A stretch of DNA of 62,285 nt, filler included. It is 11 parts of 11 records of this genome, joined end to end, with 100 filler letters (N's around TTAATTAATTAA, not from the genome) between each part and the next. Parts side by side here need not be neighbours in the genome. Positions count along the whole stretch, not along the records: positions 32,615 to 39,652 come from SRR15195285_5941; positions 39,753 to 42,937 come from SRR15195285_5964; positions 43,038 to 46,358 come from SRR15195285_5966; 8 more parts are not named here. One strand, written 5' to 3'. Positions 32,615 to 45,044 of the stretch are shown piece after piece (position 1 is the first letter of the stretch; each line of letters opens with the position of its first letter). A program made the position numbers and the translations under genes. The notes below the pieces were generated by a model that saw nothing but the letters and a program-made list of their open reading frames with translations, had not been told where the DNA came from and ran no database searches.

Positions 32615-35600
32615 GTAAACTGGGCGTGGCACCGTTCGAAGGCAGCAACATGGTGAGTTGATGGTGGTTATATGAGGTTAGGGCTGAGTCGCTGGGTGGT
32701 TATATATGCGCTTGCATTAGTGTATGCACGGTGGTGAGCGTGCTGGAGCGTTGGCAAGACGACTTCCGGCTGTTGCACAGACATGACTGATTAAGCACAT
32801 TGGATGTACATGCATAGTGTCATTGTCAAAACTAAGCAGCCTCTTTGTCTAGTTCAACTCAGTGTGTGACTTGGTATCTACTCACAAATGAGCACTCCTG
32901 CGCCACAGACGACCGACCCAAGCTGTCAACTGGACGTGGCACCATTCGAAGGCGGCAAGATGGTGAGTCAATGTAGGCTAAAAGGTTCACACCCACACGT
33001 TTACGGTGCAACCGCATGCACTGCAGCCCCGCCAAGAAAGTACGACCAAGACCTGGATGCCACTACAGCTCCTCTGGAGTGTGGCCATGGTGCCCCAGTG
33101 GTGTGCACGGCGAATTTCGACGGCACGGGAGGAGTAGTCCCTTGCGACGAGACGAGATGTACCCGTACCGGCAATCTATGGTCTGCTGCGGACTTAACCT
33201 GCCGCACCGAGCTCGGTGCTCTTCGCGGAGTGGCCACTTGCACCAGTACAGCAACAAACACAGCAGACACTCCTGACTGTGCGTTAGCATTCGCGACCGC
33301 TGGGAATGGTCTCCCTGATTCGTGTGCAGATGGGTGCACGTATCGCGAGCCTTTCGATCAAAACGCGTGCGTGTACACTGGGCACGTGTGGGATGCTGAG
33401 ACGGGTACTTGCTTAGATGTGAGCGGAAGGGGATACTGCTTGGATGCTGACGGCGACAGAATGGTCGAATCTATGTCGACTCATGACTGGCGCGACCCAG
33501 ACCTATGCGAGTCCGTTTCTGGGAGGACGTGGGTCTGGCAACAGTTCCGGGGTTATCAAACGGACACACTTGAAAACGGTGGTGCAACGCAGTGTATAAT
33601 GTGTCCGTCAGGCGCGGCAGACACTGACCGGACGTCAACAACCGCATGTTCCACATGCGATCCCGGTGAGACTACGATGCGGTGCACTGATGCATCCGGG
33701 GTTGTTGCAGCAGCAGTGAGCGAAGAGGAGTGCACTGCAGCGCCCAGCTGCGGCGATTTTACTGTAGCAGAAGGCTGCCCACCAGGTTGTGGCGACGATG
33801 GGACGGAATGTACTGGGGATGCAGATACACCTTCGACGACTTGGCAAGCACAAGGTGCCACCAGCTGCTTGCTTTGTCCAGCAGTCATGGTTGAATCATG
33901 CGCAGGCACCGCCTCGGGAGACGATACTGGCATGACGTGTGATTTGGATAGCGCCACGGATGATATTGCTACGTGCCCATCAGGACGTGATCACTACCAG
34001 CCACCTGCAGACGATGTAACTTTTACTACTACTGGCAATTCGTTTGGATCTGAATCGTACTGCTATGCTTCGGACGGTTCCACGACGATATCTGACCTTG
34101 ACGAGGCTACATGTAAGGTCGAGCCAAGTCCTTACACGTGGCATTTGCAACTTGGGGCGACCGAGTGCACTGCGTGTGCGCAGGGATTCGCTGATGTCGA
34201 TGGAATCTCAGTTGCTGCTTGTGAGTCGTGCCCGGTGGGGACCACGACTGTGCGCCAAAATGAAGACGGGACCAGCTCCATCGCCATTGCAGCCACTGTG
34301 TGCTTTCCTTGTAGTGATGGATCCTATGACCATGATATGACTGCTACAACACCGTGCTTCGAATGTTCTGCTGGCAAATATGGTCAGGGCGCCGACGACG
34401 AATGCGGTGACTGTCCATCGGGCTTGTACGATGACGATCGCTCAAGCACTACCCCATGCGTGACCTGTGCTCTCGGCCAACATTCCAACCCCGGTCAAAC
34501 TTACTGTCAGTACTCAGCTCAAAGAGGCGTGACGTGCGCATCTTGTGAGAAAGGCCAAACCGACATGGACGGTCAGGCCACGCAGGATCTGTATCTGTCT
34601 GGTGCAGGTAGCCTCCCTCTGGTCGCTAGGAGGTGCATAGATGTGGATGACTACTCGCTGTTGGCTGACATTACTGACGAGGCAACATGTGTTGGAGATG
34701 CTGAATCGCCAACTGGGCGGACTTGGACCTCGCCCACGCCGCAATGCCTAACACATTTTGTCCCCGGCACATGTACCCGCCCATCTGGCAATACTTGGCC
34801 CGAGCCAAATGGTCTGTGTTTGGATGGCAATGGACAAGAGGTCATTGTTACTAGGCCAGGAGAAACCTTGACAGCCCGGCAGCTCGAAGCCATGTGTACA
34901 CGGACGGCCGTCCCCATCTTTGACGAGGCTGGTTGCACAAGCCTAGTTCAGGACGCAACGTGGAGTGTCTACGAGCACTGCGCGCAAGCACAGACCTCTC
35001 CAGATGAGATAACAGAGGATATGAGAAATGCTGACCACACATCGTGCGAGTCTCAGTCGACGGACAATACGTTCGTTGCAGGTAGTTGCACGGATACAAG
35101 CGGTGACACGACATCCCACTCCACTGAGGATTCGTGTGAGTACGAACCCACTTCCAATACGTGGGATCCAAGCGCTGCCGCGGGTGATGAGTGTTCGGAC
35201 TCGAACGGCAACGTGCTGCCAGTGCAGCCCGGCGACGAATCAGCTTGCGTCCAACAAGAGAGTGGTCGCACGTGGTCGCCTGGTCAATGCTTTGCGCCTG
35301 ACAGCAGCTTGCTGGCAGATTTGACGACGCAGTCTGACTGTTTGTACACATCAACAGCAAACACGTGGTTTCCAGGCATCTGTATGAGGAACGACATGGT
35401 GACCTGGATGGAGGCACTCATTGATGGCATTCTGGTTGATGTGCTTGATGAAGCAATGTGTGATCAGATGCAGGCTGAGTGTACCGCCATCACGGATCCG
35501 TGGTACCGTGTGGGTGCGTACCTTGCCGAACGGGACGACATGTGTCGTACTGGTGCGGTTGTCCAGGAGCTAGCGAGTGTGCAGCCGTTCGCACTGGACA

Positions 35601-38600
35601 CTTGCAACAATGCTGCGGAGTATGCTTCAACGCACTCGGTGACGTTGCAGGCTGCCTGCACTGCAATGGCAGATGTAATTACTGCAGCAGTTGATGCAGA
35701 TCCTAGTCATCCATGTGCAAATGCTGCAGCTGCTTGCGCCTGTGTATTTACACCACAGGAGGTACCGTCTGCCGGCACTCCGTGCGTACAGTGTGCATCT
35801 GGACGTTACACTGATCGGTTGTTCTTCGGAGAATGTGACGAGTGCGACGCCGGTAGGTATGATGAGGACGCTGATCCATCGACACCGTGTGAGGATTGCT
35901 TCGTAGGACGGTACAGTAGCGCTGGCCAGGTCGAGTGCATCGATTGCGCTGGTGGCACATACGACCATGATCAGAACCCGGCGACCACGTGTCTTGACTG
36001 TCAGGTCGGTTGCCATTCTGCTCCGATCGTACACAAGGTTTGCACTACAGCTAGCGGTGATATTTGGAACATTTCCCACATTGAAGACCCTGTAGAGTCC
36101 GACTGCATCAACGACCTTAGGCCCGATAATGTCTGGAGCGTGTACGTTGCTGGCGCGTTCGGGCCCAACGGCTGTATCGGCTGCGATTTTGGCACGGCAG
36201 ACGAGGACCTGGATCCCGCAACAGCTTGTAACCAGTGCCAACCCGGTCAGTTTGCCCCACAGCTCGCAACTGGATGTACTGATTGCCCACAAGGATATGG
36301 TGACGATGACCTTGATCCGTCCACTCCGTGTGTCCAATGTCGTGTCGGGATGTTCGCTCCGGCTGGCGCAACGAACTGCACAGGATGCCCACCAGACAAG
36401 CACGACGGGGACTTGGAGTCGACCACGCCCTGTGAGGACTGTCTAGCAGGCCGGTATTCAGGTTCTGGCTGGACCAACTGTACCAACTGCACTACTGGGT
36501 TTGCGGACGAGGATCAGAACCCTGCTACCCCTTGCGACGCATGTGCACCGGGTCAGTACATGCCAGAGTTTTCGATCATCTGTGTGGACTGCTTGGCATT
36601 CGAGTATGACAATGACTCCAACCCAGCCACACCGTGCGTGCTCTGTGACGAGGGGCACCATACGAACGGCCTGGCGTGCATTTCTTGTGCAGCTGGTCTG
36701 TTTGACGATGATACCGACCCAGGGACTGAGTGCGAGTCCTGTATGATCGGACAATATTCTCCTATGGAAGCTGTCTCATGTACGGACTGTGCTGCAGGCG
36801 CTCACGATCACGATCGAGACCCAAGCACTGCTTGTGAACTATGTGGCCCAGGAAACTTTTCTGCCCTTGGCGACTTGTTCTGCTTCCCCTGTCGGCCCGG
36901 GACACACGACAACGATACCGACGCGTCGACGCCTTGTGTCTCTTGTCCAAGGGGGACGTTCTCAGAGGGTGCTACTGAATGCATTGACTGTGCAGCAGGA
37001 CGCATTGACCGGGATTTTGATCCGGCATCTCCCTGTGTAGCCTGCCCGCCTGGCTCGTACGCTGGCGAAGGCGCCACGGTGTGCATTACTTGTGCTGCCG
37101 GTCAGATCGACCACGATCAGGACCCAGCAACAGAGTGCTCTGCGTGCGAGCCGGGTAAGCACTCTGCATTCGGCGACTACAAGTGTGATGCATGCTTCAC
37201 CGGGTATTACGATGCAGATGAAAGTGCTGCGGCACCGTGCACCCGATGTGAGGCCGGACAATTTTCGTCAAAGCTGGGCAGATGCTCAGCTGGGTCGACA
37301 GACCTGTTCACGTACTTTCAGTGGTCTAGACCTTTGCCTCAGACCGAGGGAGAATGCACCACCGCAAGCAACTCGAACATATGGTCGTCTTCTTTTCGAT
37401 GTGTTGACACGGATGGTCTGACGACGTTGCCAGAAGTTACAGACCAAAGCGCTTGCACTGATGTTGCAGGTCGTGTCTGGACGTCTGGATGCTTCTCATC
37501 TGATGGTTCGTTTGTGTCCGCACGTATCACTCGGCATGAGTGCACCACAGATCCGACGGGCAACCTGTGGGTGGTCGCGTTTCCTGGTCTGTGTGACGCA
37601 GATACCAATCCGGTTGATGAATGTAGTAGCGAGGTGACGGTGGACACTGGTATCACGCAGGAATGCTTCGACGCCATCACCGAATCTCCCAGTGCTGCTG
37701 CATTCGTAGAAACTCTGGATAGCTGCACCGCATGTGGGTCCATTGACGGACCTGCGGATATTTGTTCTGCATGCGAAGCAAACATTCTGGCAGCACTTGC
37801 CCGCTGCACTCCCACTGGTGCAGCGGAGCATTCGATTTGCGTCATTCCGACGATGAGCGAGTATGAAACATGCGAGCTCAAGTCCTCTAATAACGTGTGG
37901 TTTCCACCCGTGTGCCGGACCGCGCCTACTACCAATACGTGGGGCGGCGATCCACCTATATGTACTGATGACCGTGGTCGGAACAGCCAGACGGCTGCTA
38001 CATCGGAAGCTGAGTGCGTGGGCAACGCACCCGTGATAGCATTGGACGAGACGGAGTGTGAGATCGAAGCCACGGGCCGAACTTGGATAGATGGTTGGTG
38101 CAACGACTATGCGCGTTGCATTGACACGGACGGCTCCATCGCAGCTGAGTTTACGGCAGAGTCCGAGTGTGTAATCGATTCGACAGGCAATACATGGAAT
38201 CTAGCTGATGTGCTGCCAACCGGGGTTGCAGACATAAATGCAGACGCCGACACAGTGACCTTTGCGATATCCCAGACCTCGCTCGTAATTGGCCAGGCCC
38301 TTCAGCTGGGGCACAACGTGCCAACTTGCGATTTGAGCGCTGCCACAGATGGGACAGGTGACTGCCCTGCAGGCTGCTTGTTCATAGATACGACTACACC
38401 AGTTTGCCAGTGGGAAGACGCAGACGCTTTGACTGGATGTCCTGTTGGTTGCGCGGAAGACCTGAATCAAGGCACCTGCACTGGGGATGCTACGCCTGTG
38501 CCAGCAACCTGCACAGGTCAAGCAAATGCGAAGAACTGCGCTGCGACGGTGGGCGTCGACCTTGTCATTTCAAATGTGCAGGGTGCTCAGGTCACGTTTG

Positions 38601-39652
38601 CAACGGACATATTGGCTGGAGACCCGGACGCTCTCCAGAATTGCCACATTTCGAGAAAGCTCTGTACGTCAGACTCTGGCTTAGTCGTGGAAGCTGACGA
38701 CCAGGACGAATGCGAGCTGGTAGATAGCGGACGTTCATGGATCACCCCACGTGTGGCAGGTGTAACCGACGAAACCACGTGCGAGTGGGAAGCCACGGGT
38801 TACACGTGGGACGCTGTTGGAACATGTCATCTGCTTTGTGCGTACTCGCAAGGCACCGAGGGGTGTCCAGAGGGTTGCACGGATGACGGAACCACCTGCT
38901 CTGGGGAGACTGATGCGCTGCATTCGACTATTGCGTCGGAGGCCGAGTGTGGAGGCTCGTGTGTTGTGACTCCTGGCACCAGCGAAGAGGAGGCAAACGA
39001 GGCAACCACATGCACTTTGACCATTGGCGACTGCACTGTTGCCACAGGCTCTGGCTCATGTGCGTACGCCACCTCAACAGAGACAGTATGGCGGACTGGC
39101 CAGTGTTGGGAAGGAGCCAGCACAGTCAGCGCCACGAACGAGGCTGACTGCGAAACAGTTCGGATTTCTCCAGCGCGAACTTGGGTGGAACCATACTGCA
39201 ACGATGCTAACGGAAATCAACTTTCTTCAAGCGCTGCTGGCACAGAGCAAGTCTGCGAACTCGCAGCATCTGGCAACGTGTGGTCAGAAGGGTACTGCGA
39301 AGCGCCTGTAGAAAGCCTCAATCCTGTCAGTGTCGGTTTGAGCGTGGCAGAAATTGACGATACGACCAACACTGTCACCCTGGCATCTGTCGAATCAGGG
39401 ATATCCGTGGGTGATGTGCTGCATATATCCTCTGCACCCGGACAGAGTTGCCAGGCATTGCCGCTGAATACTGACCTGATCGTGGGCAGCGTCGATGGTG
39501 CCATAATCACTTTCGAGGAAGCAACCTTCGCATCCGCTGATGGAGAGGTGGCTACGGGGGATGTGGGGGCAGGCAACAACTGCATCATCGTGCGGCTACT
39601 GTTTTCAGACCAGGGCGGATGTGAGGAGATGCCCACCGGCAACACGTGGTGG
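32615..39652 (+). CDS. Giant Cys-rich surface or secreted protein with many GCC2/GCC3 (ephrin-receptor-like) CxxC repeats and C-x(3-6)-TGNTW-type repeats; truncated at both ends
   Basis: A >2200-aa stop-free ORF (32888-39652) carries many CxxCxxGxxDxDxDPxTxCxxCxxG units and C..(T/S)G(N/R)TW units. The short segments at the contig start end in ATG|GTGAGT donors, so the true start lies upstream. Confidence 0.88.
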
Positions 39653-39755
39653 NNNNNNNNNNNNNNNNNNNNNNNNNNNNNNNNNNNNNNNNNNNNTTAA
39701 TTAATTAANNNNNNNNNNNNNNNNNNNNNNNNNNNNNNNNNNNNNNNNNNNNAGG

Positions 39756-39781
39756 ACACTTTGTTCTTTTCATTTTGATTT
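39756..39781 (+). repeat. AT-rich dispersed repeat shared by two contig starts (second copy 43038-43063)
   Basis: ACACTTTGTTCTTTTCATTTTGATTT is identical at both contig edges, and both copies are followed shortly by GCAACCC. Confidence 0.85.
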
Positions 39782-40393
39782 AAAATTACTTCTCGCAACC
39801 CCAGTCCATCCATCCCCCATGGCCAAGCGCCGGCGGCCAGCAAAAGGTTTCGTGATCCAGTGCAGGTGCTCCTTGACGCAGATTCAATATTGGCGGGAAA
39901 ATTGTTGCTTCAGAAGCTTCCTGCTCCTCCTCCTGCTCCGCGTGGAACTCGTAGTGGTTCCATCGACAGTATGCGCTTCGGAGCGAATACACACAATGAT
40001 TTCCAGGATCGCTGGTCGCGAAATACTACGAGTTTATAAGACCCTCCGTACCCTGCTCCCTATTGAAAAAAATCGCAGACAGCGAGAGGAGAGCCCGTCC
40101 TGACCTGTAACCAGCACAACCTCAAGCTCATTCCAGTAGGGATTTCACCATCAATTTCAGGAGCAGTCCGCCGCCCAAAAAGCAGCAGCGCATTCCTCCG
40201 TGAATATACCAGGAAATTCATATATATCACAATTATTCATATATATATATAAATATCTACTTTTTTGCAGACCCCGGCGACTCCTGGGATCAGTGGTCGC
40301 CCCATTTCTTCCCCCATACAGCTGACTGGGCCGTTACGTTACACCCGCTCACTCCCCGACCGTTATCACCGCTCCGCTGGGCGCGACAGAGCT

Positions 40394-42937
40394 ATGCTGG
40401 CGGCTTCCAGAAGCCGCGTCTGGCGCCCCGAGGAGGACGCGGAGCTGCGGCGGCTGGTGCGCAAGGACGGCACGAAGGACTGGTGCTCCAAGGCCGCCGC
40501 CTTCCCCACCGAGCGCACCGCGTCCGCCCTGAAACACCGCTGGTCGAAGATCAACGAGGAAGGAACGGTTCGGGTGTCTCAGTCGGGACGTGGTAGTGCT
40601 GCTGATCCGGCGTGGCGCCATCCCTGCGCTGAGGTCTGCACCTGTACGAACTACGGCGAGTGCCGGCGGCTGGACAGCGCCCGCAAGCCGCAGCAACGGA
40701 CTGGCCCGGCAGCCGAAGCGCGCGGCAATGGCGGTCGGCAGCTCTCGGGGATACCGGTGGGACACGCCACCTCCCGGTCTGCGCCGTGTGGGTGCCAGCG
40801 CACACCGTGCAGCTGCGACGGTCTGGTGCATGCGCTGTCGCCGCAGCCGTCCGGCTACCGGCACCATAGAGGAGCGCTTGCAGCTGGCAACGACATTCTC
40901 TGTGCCGAGATGACGGTCGAGCAGGCGAAGCTCTACTGCCAGTCATTACCCGCGGCCGTAGGCTTCACATTTTCTTCGACTGAGGCGAACCCGAATGGGC
41001 CTGTGCTGTGCTACTTCAAATCGTCTTCTCTTGCAAACTCAGATCCTCTCTGGCAGCGGTACATGAAAACGTCTGTCGCATCACCAGTCCCGCCGAAAAC
41101 GCTGCGTTCGCAGAATCCCGATCCGATGGCGCCCCGCAAAAAGCAGCGACCGCAGAAACCCGAACCGGCGCCCCGCAAAAAGCCGGTTGCCGACATCTTG
41201 CGCAGCGTTAGAACGAAGCGCCGCGCCTTCTCGTCCGGGAGCGGCGTCCCAGAGCTAAAGGAGGAGAACACGCTGCTTTGGTTCAAGTACATCGCCGAAA
41301 GACAGCGCGTGTACAACTGCTGGTTCAACGGCGCAGGTCATCCCTGGACTAAGGATGAGACTCTCGCGCACGGGAGGATGTGCAACAACTATCGTTTTCT
41401 CGACCGCGAGTCTACCTGGGCGATTGCAAATATCGTCGAGCCGCTGCGCCAACGCCCAGCCGACCTTATCTTCAACATACTGATCTTCCGTTGCTACCTC
41501 AACTGGCACAAATCGATGGAACTGCTCGGCCTGCAGACTGCCGAGGGATTCGACAGAGCCACGTTCGAAGCGAAGCTACGAAAGGTCCATGCACAGCTGG
41601 GGAAACTGTCTAGCGCTGCGTACAATGTCGGCTCGTTCCATGCCTTCAGCGAGGCGGATGAGTTAGTTCAGGCCGAAGAGACTGGTGTAAAACCTACACG
41701 CGCATCGGTGATGTTCGCGCAGCTCGCGCCACTGATGCCAGAAGTTGCACGTTCGATCATGGAGCGGCGTGACTCGTTGCACACATTCAAAACGCTCATC
41801 AACCTGAGAGGTGTCGGACGATTTCTCGGCTGGCAGTGCTGCCTTGACCTGGGTTACTGGAATCCTGCGGTGTACAACGAATCGTTCCATGTCGAGGTGG
41901 GGCCAGGCGCGGAAGAGGGACTCTCTTGGCTGTTCAAAGACACCGGAGGATTAGATCCGATCGCGTGTGTAAAACATCTGGCTTTTGTCCAGACCGCTTG
42001 GTTCGATAAGGCTGGCATCGGCCCTGACACAAGGAGGTCACTTTTTGGCAGTATGCCTCGCCCTCCGATGACAGCTGGCGTCGGCCCAAGTACTGCGGAG
42101 TTCGCGCAAGATCTTAGCGCGATGACAGGACCACTGAACCTGATGGCGATCGAAGGCGCTTTGTGCGAAGGAAATAAGTACTTTCGAGTCCACTACAACG
42201 ATGGATCAGGACGCTTCAAGCAGCAGTACAGAGCCTCGAAGGGTGCCGACGCACGCTATAGGGCTGACTTCAGCGTCATGATGCGCACTCTGTCTAGCAC
42301 CTGGGGCGCTGTGGTGGGACATTCTCCAACGCCGCATGGCACAGCGGCGATCGGGTTTCGCATTGGCATGCAGGCTTCCGCGCTACCGTGCCTTGCGGGA
42401 GGTCGACCAGCGCAGCCCGTGGTTTCAGCCGCTGCAGGGACTGCAGCTGCGAAGAATCCAAAAAAGCCGGCTACCGTTCCAGGTGTAAAGAAGAAGAAAA
42501 AGCCAGGTACCAGGCGCACTGAGGCAGGGGCGAAAGGACCGCGACGGCAGCGCAATGCCGCAGACAAGCTGGGTACTGAACTCGTTGGAGCAGGTGCAGA
42601 GGGCCCGGGACGGAGGTACGATGCGACGGGCAGGCTTGTGAAGGATCCAAGCTTGCTGGTTGGCAAGATGGTCGAGGTTCTTCACGACCGCGTGGCCTGT
42701 ATCGGGCGTGTGTTGGAAGTGAAGCACGTATTCGGAGCCCAGGTGAGGGTTGAGTTGCCAAATGGCACAGTGGTGAACAAGCGCTTAAACAAAATCAAGC
42801 AGGTTGACACGCCACCGGACGATCGGATAGCTGAGGTGAAATCCGACGTGTCGACCCATGCGGTGTTGCAAAGCTTGTGTGCTGACCTGGACCGCGGGGA
42901 CGATGTCGACGACGACGACGACCACGACGACGACGAC
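40394..42937 (+). CDS. Myb/SANT domain + PAN/apple-like module + aGPT-Pplase1 / 5-hmdU DNA kinase helical-domain (HhH-glycosylase-fold DNA base-modification enzyme) + basic NLS region + Tudor/SH3-like barrel; 3'-truncated
   Basis: Myb: WRPEEDAELRRLVRKDGTKDW...RTASALKHRW. Catalytic region ~41273-42190: WFKYIAERQRVY..HPWTKDETLAHGRMCNNYRFLDRESTW, LIFNILIFR..N, HhH LRGVGRFLGWQCCLDL, VGPGAEEGL, LMAIEGALCEGNKY. Then KKKKKP and LVGKMVEV...IGRV...VRVELPNG. Confidence 0.82.
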
Positions 42938-43161
42938 NNNNNNNNNNNNNNNNNNNNNNNNNNNNNNNNNNNNNNNNNNNNTTAATTAATTAANNNNNNN
43001 NNNNNNNNNNNNNNNNNNNNNNNNNNNNNNNNNNNNNACACTTTGTTCTTTTCATTTTGATTTTTAAATTGTTCTTTTCATTTTGACTCATTGATTGCAA
43101 CCCACTGTGGCGTTTGCCTCACTTTTTTTCAATATACTCCGGCGCTTTCTAGAGATTACAA

Positions 43162-43203
43162 GGAGTCGAGAGCAGGCTCCTTTTAGCGCCTGCTCTCGAC
43201 TCC
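43162..43203. repeat. Perfect 16-bp-stem hairpin with a 10-nt loop
   Basis: GGAGTCGAGAGCAGGC (43162-43177) and GCCTGCTCTCGACTCC (43188-43203). Confidence 0.95.
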
Positions 43204-43552
43204 GTGGATGCGGACATACAGCGCAGTCGACTCAGGGGTCCTTTCACTGATTGCCCCCTCTACTAGTAGGAGGTCGACGCTCGGCCTATCGAGTGCGTGC
43301 GCTTGCTGTTTGATCTCTAGCTAGAGCTTCAGCAATTTATACCAGTTACCACTATTAGTAGGATTACGTATACCGGTCGGGTAGTGAATGATCTGCATCA
43401 TGCGATGGCGTGATTCCGAGATTCGCCGCGGCGCGTCCAACAGAAACACTCGCCCGCGCTCTCGCTTCCCGGTCTCACAACGAACGCGTTGGGGCACGTA
43501 CAGCTAGAGGGGGCTCGGGAACAATACGCTTCGCGCAGGCCGTGCACAAACG

Positions 43553-44672
43553 ATGGAAGAGGGCCTCGCCACGGGGTCGTCGGATGTGGGATACGCGGCA
43601 CAAGGCTCCGCGGGCATCCAGCCGGTGGTTGTGGTGGACTGGTAAGACAGCAACTGCCTCGAGCGACCGCCAGCGCGCAGCGGGTGGCGCGCGTTAGGTG
43701 GTCCATCGCACGGCGATTTCTTGTGTACCCCTCGTCAAAACTTGGCTGACTTCGCGGCCCACCTGCTCACACAGGTCGGACGCAGGGGGGATTATGGGTT
43801 GTCAGCGAGACACCGAGATATGCGTGTGGGGCATGTGTTGCTTCCCGTGCCTTTACGGCCAGACTAAAGTACGCACGGGTCGCGAGCCGAGCAGCTCGCC
43901 TGGTTTCCTTCAGCTGCTCACCGTTCCGGCGATCGTACATGGTATCGCAAACTTTGTGTTGAACAATAATCCCTCAACTGTACTAGATCTCTTCGGCGTA
44001 TCAGGCGCTGACAACCTGAAGAAGTTTGCCGACGTGCTGGTGATGGTAAGGACACTCGCGCCCTTGCGTGGAGATGTGTGTAGGTGGTTGACGGGTGGAT
44101 CGGCTGTGTTGTCCTGTGTGCGCGTGCGGGTGTGGGGGGCGGGGGGTTACAGTGTGCAATCGGATACGTTGGCGGCAAGAATCGTACGTCGATGCAGAGG
44201 CAGTACGGCAACCGAGCCCAGAACATTTCCGCTTCCGGCCTGACTCAACAGAGTGTGCCCTGGGACTGGAACAACTTCCTGCTGCACTGCATCCCGGTCA
44301 CGATGCCGTTGGCCTTGATGGAGGAGGCTCGAGTCGCCAAGGTGAGCCCCTGAACTGTTTCTCACCAGCGCGACGCTCGGGGCCTACCCCGAACACAGTG
44401 GTGTGAGCAAGTGGCTCTGACTGGTAGGGCGTTGTGTACTTGCGTTGCCACGCTGCTGCTGATCGCAGGCCAACGCCACCCGCGACGGCCCATATTTTAG
44501 CGCAGACGCAACCAATTTCATGCTGCTGCTCTTCTTCATCGTATCTGCCCAGGCAGGGAATGAGGTGTACGAGGGTGATGAATGCCGGGTCGCAGCGATA
44601 ATGCCAGGCTTCGAATCGTTGTCGTGGAGCGTGTTTTTTTTCACGTCACCGTGGGAGTATTTGCTCCAGTGA
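43553..44672 (+). CDS. PLAC8/cornifelin-family Cys-rich membrane protein, about 4 exons
   Basis: Introns 43642-43774, 44046-44152 and 44342-~44468 join DWSDAGGIMGCQRDTEICVWGMCCFPCLYGQ...NRTSMQRQYG...NFLLHC...LALMEEAR, a PLAC8 signature. The 3' end is tentative. Confidence 0.75.
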
Positions 44673-45044
44673 GCGGAGGCGTGTACCACATGAGCGATTG
44701 TATGGCACATATATGCTGTGCAACCAGTCGAATCGAGAGATGTTGTCGACACAGCTTACACTCATGCGATTTATGATCTGAACACATATGTAGCCCACGC
44801 TCAGGTATGCAGAGCTGCTGTGGGCTGTTGGCGCCACGCGTTACTCGTAGCACTCCGTTCCTGAGAAAGCACTTCCCTGAATCGTCGCAATAGCAAATCG
44901 ACGACTCTCGAAGACCTTCGCAACTGGACACATTTTCGCTTTTCGGCCCAGTGTACCCAAGGGCCGACCTACTAGTTCGCGGCAGCTGCGGTGGTTGCGG
45001 GGTGCGGGGTGTTTGTCGTGCCTTTTCTTCGGCCGGCCCTCGTG

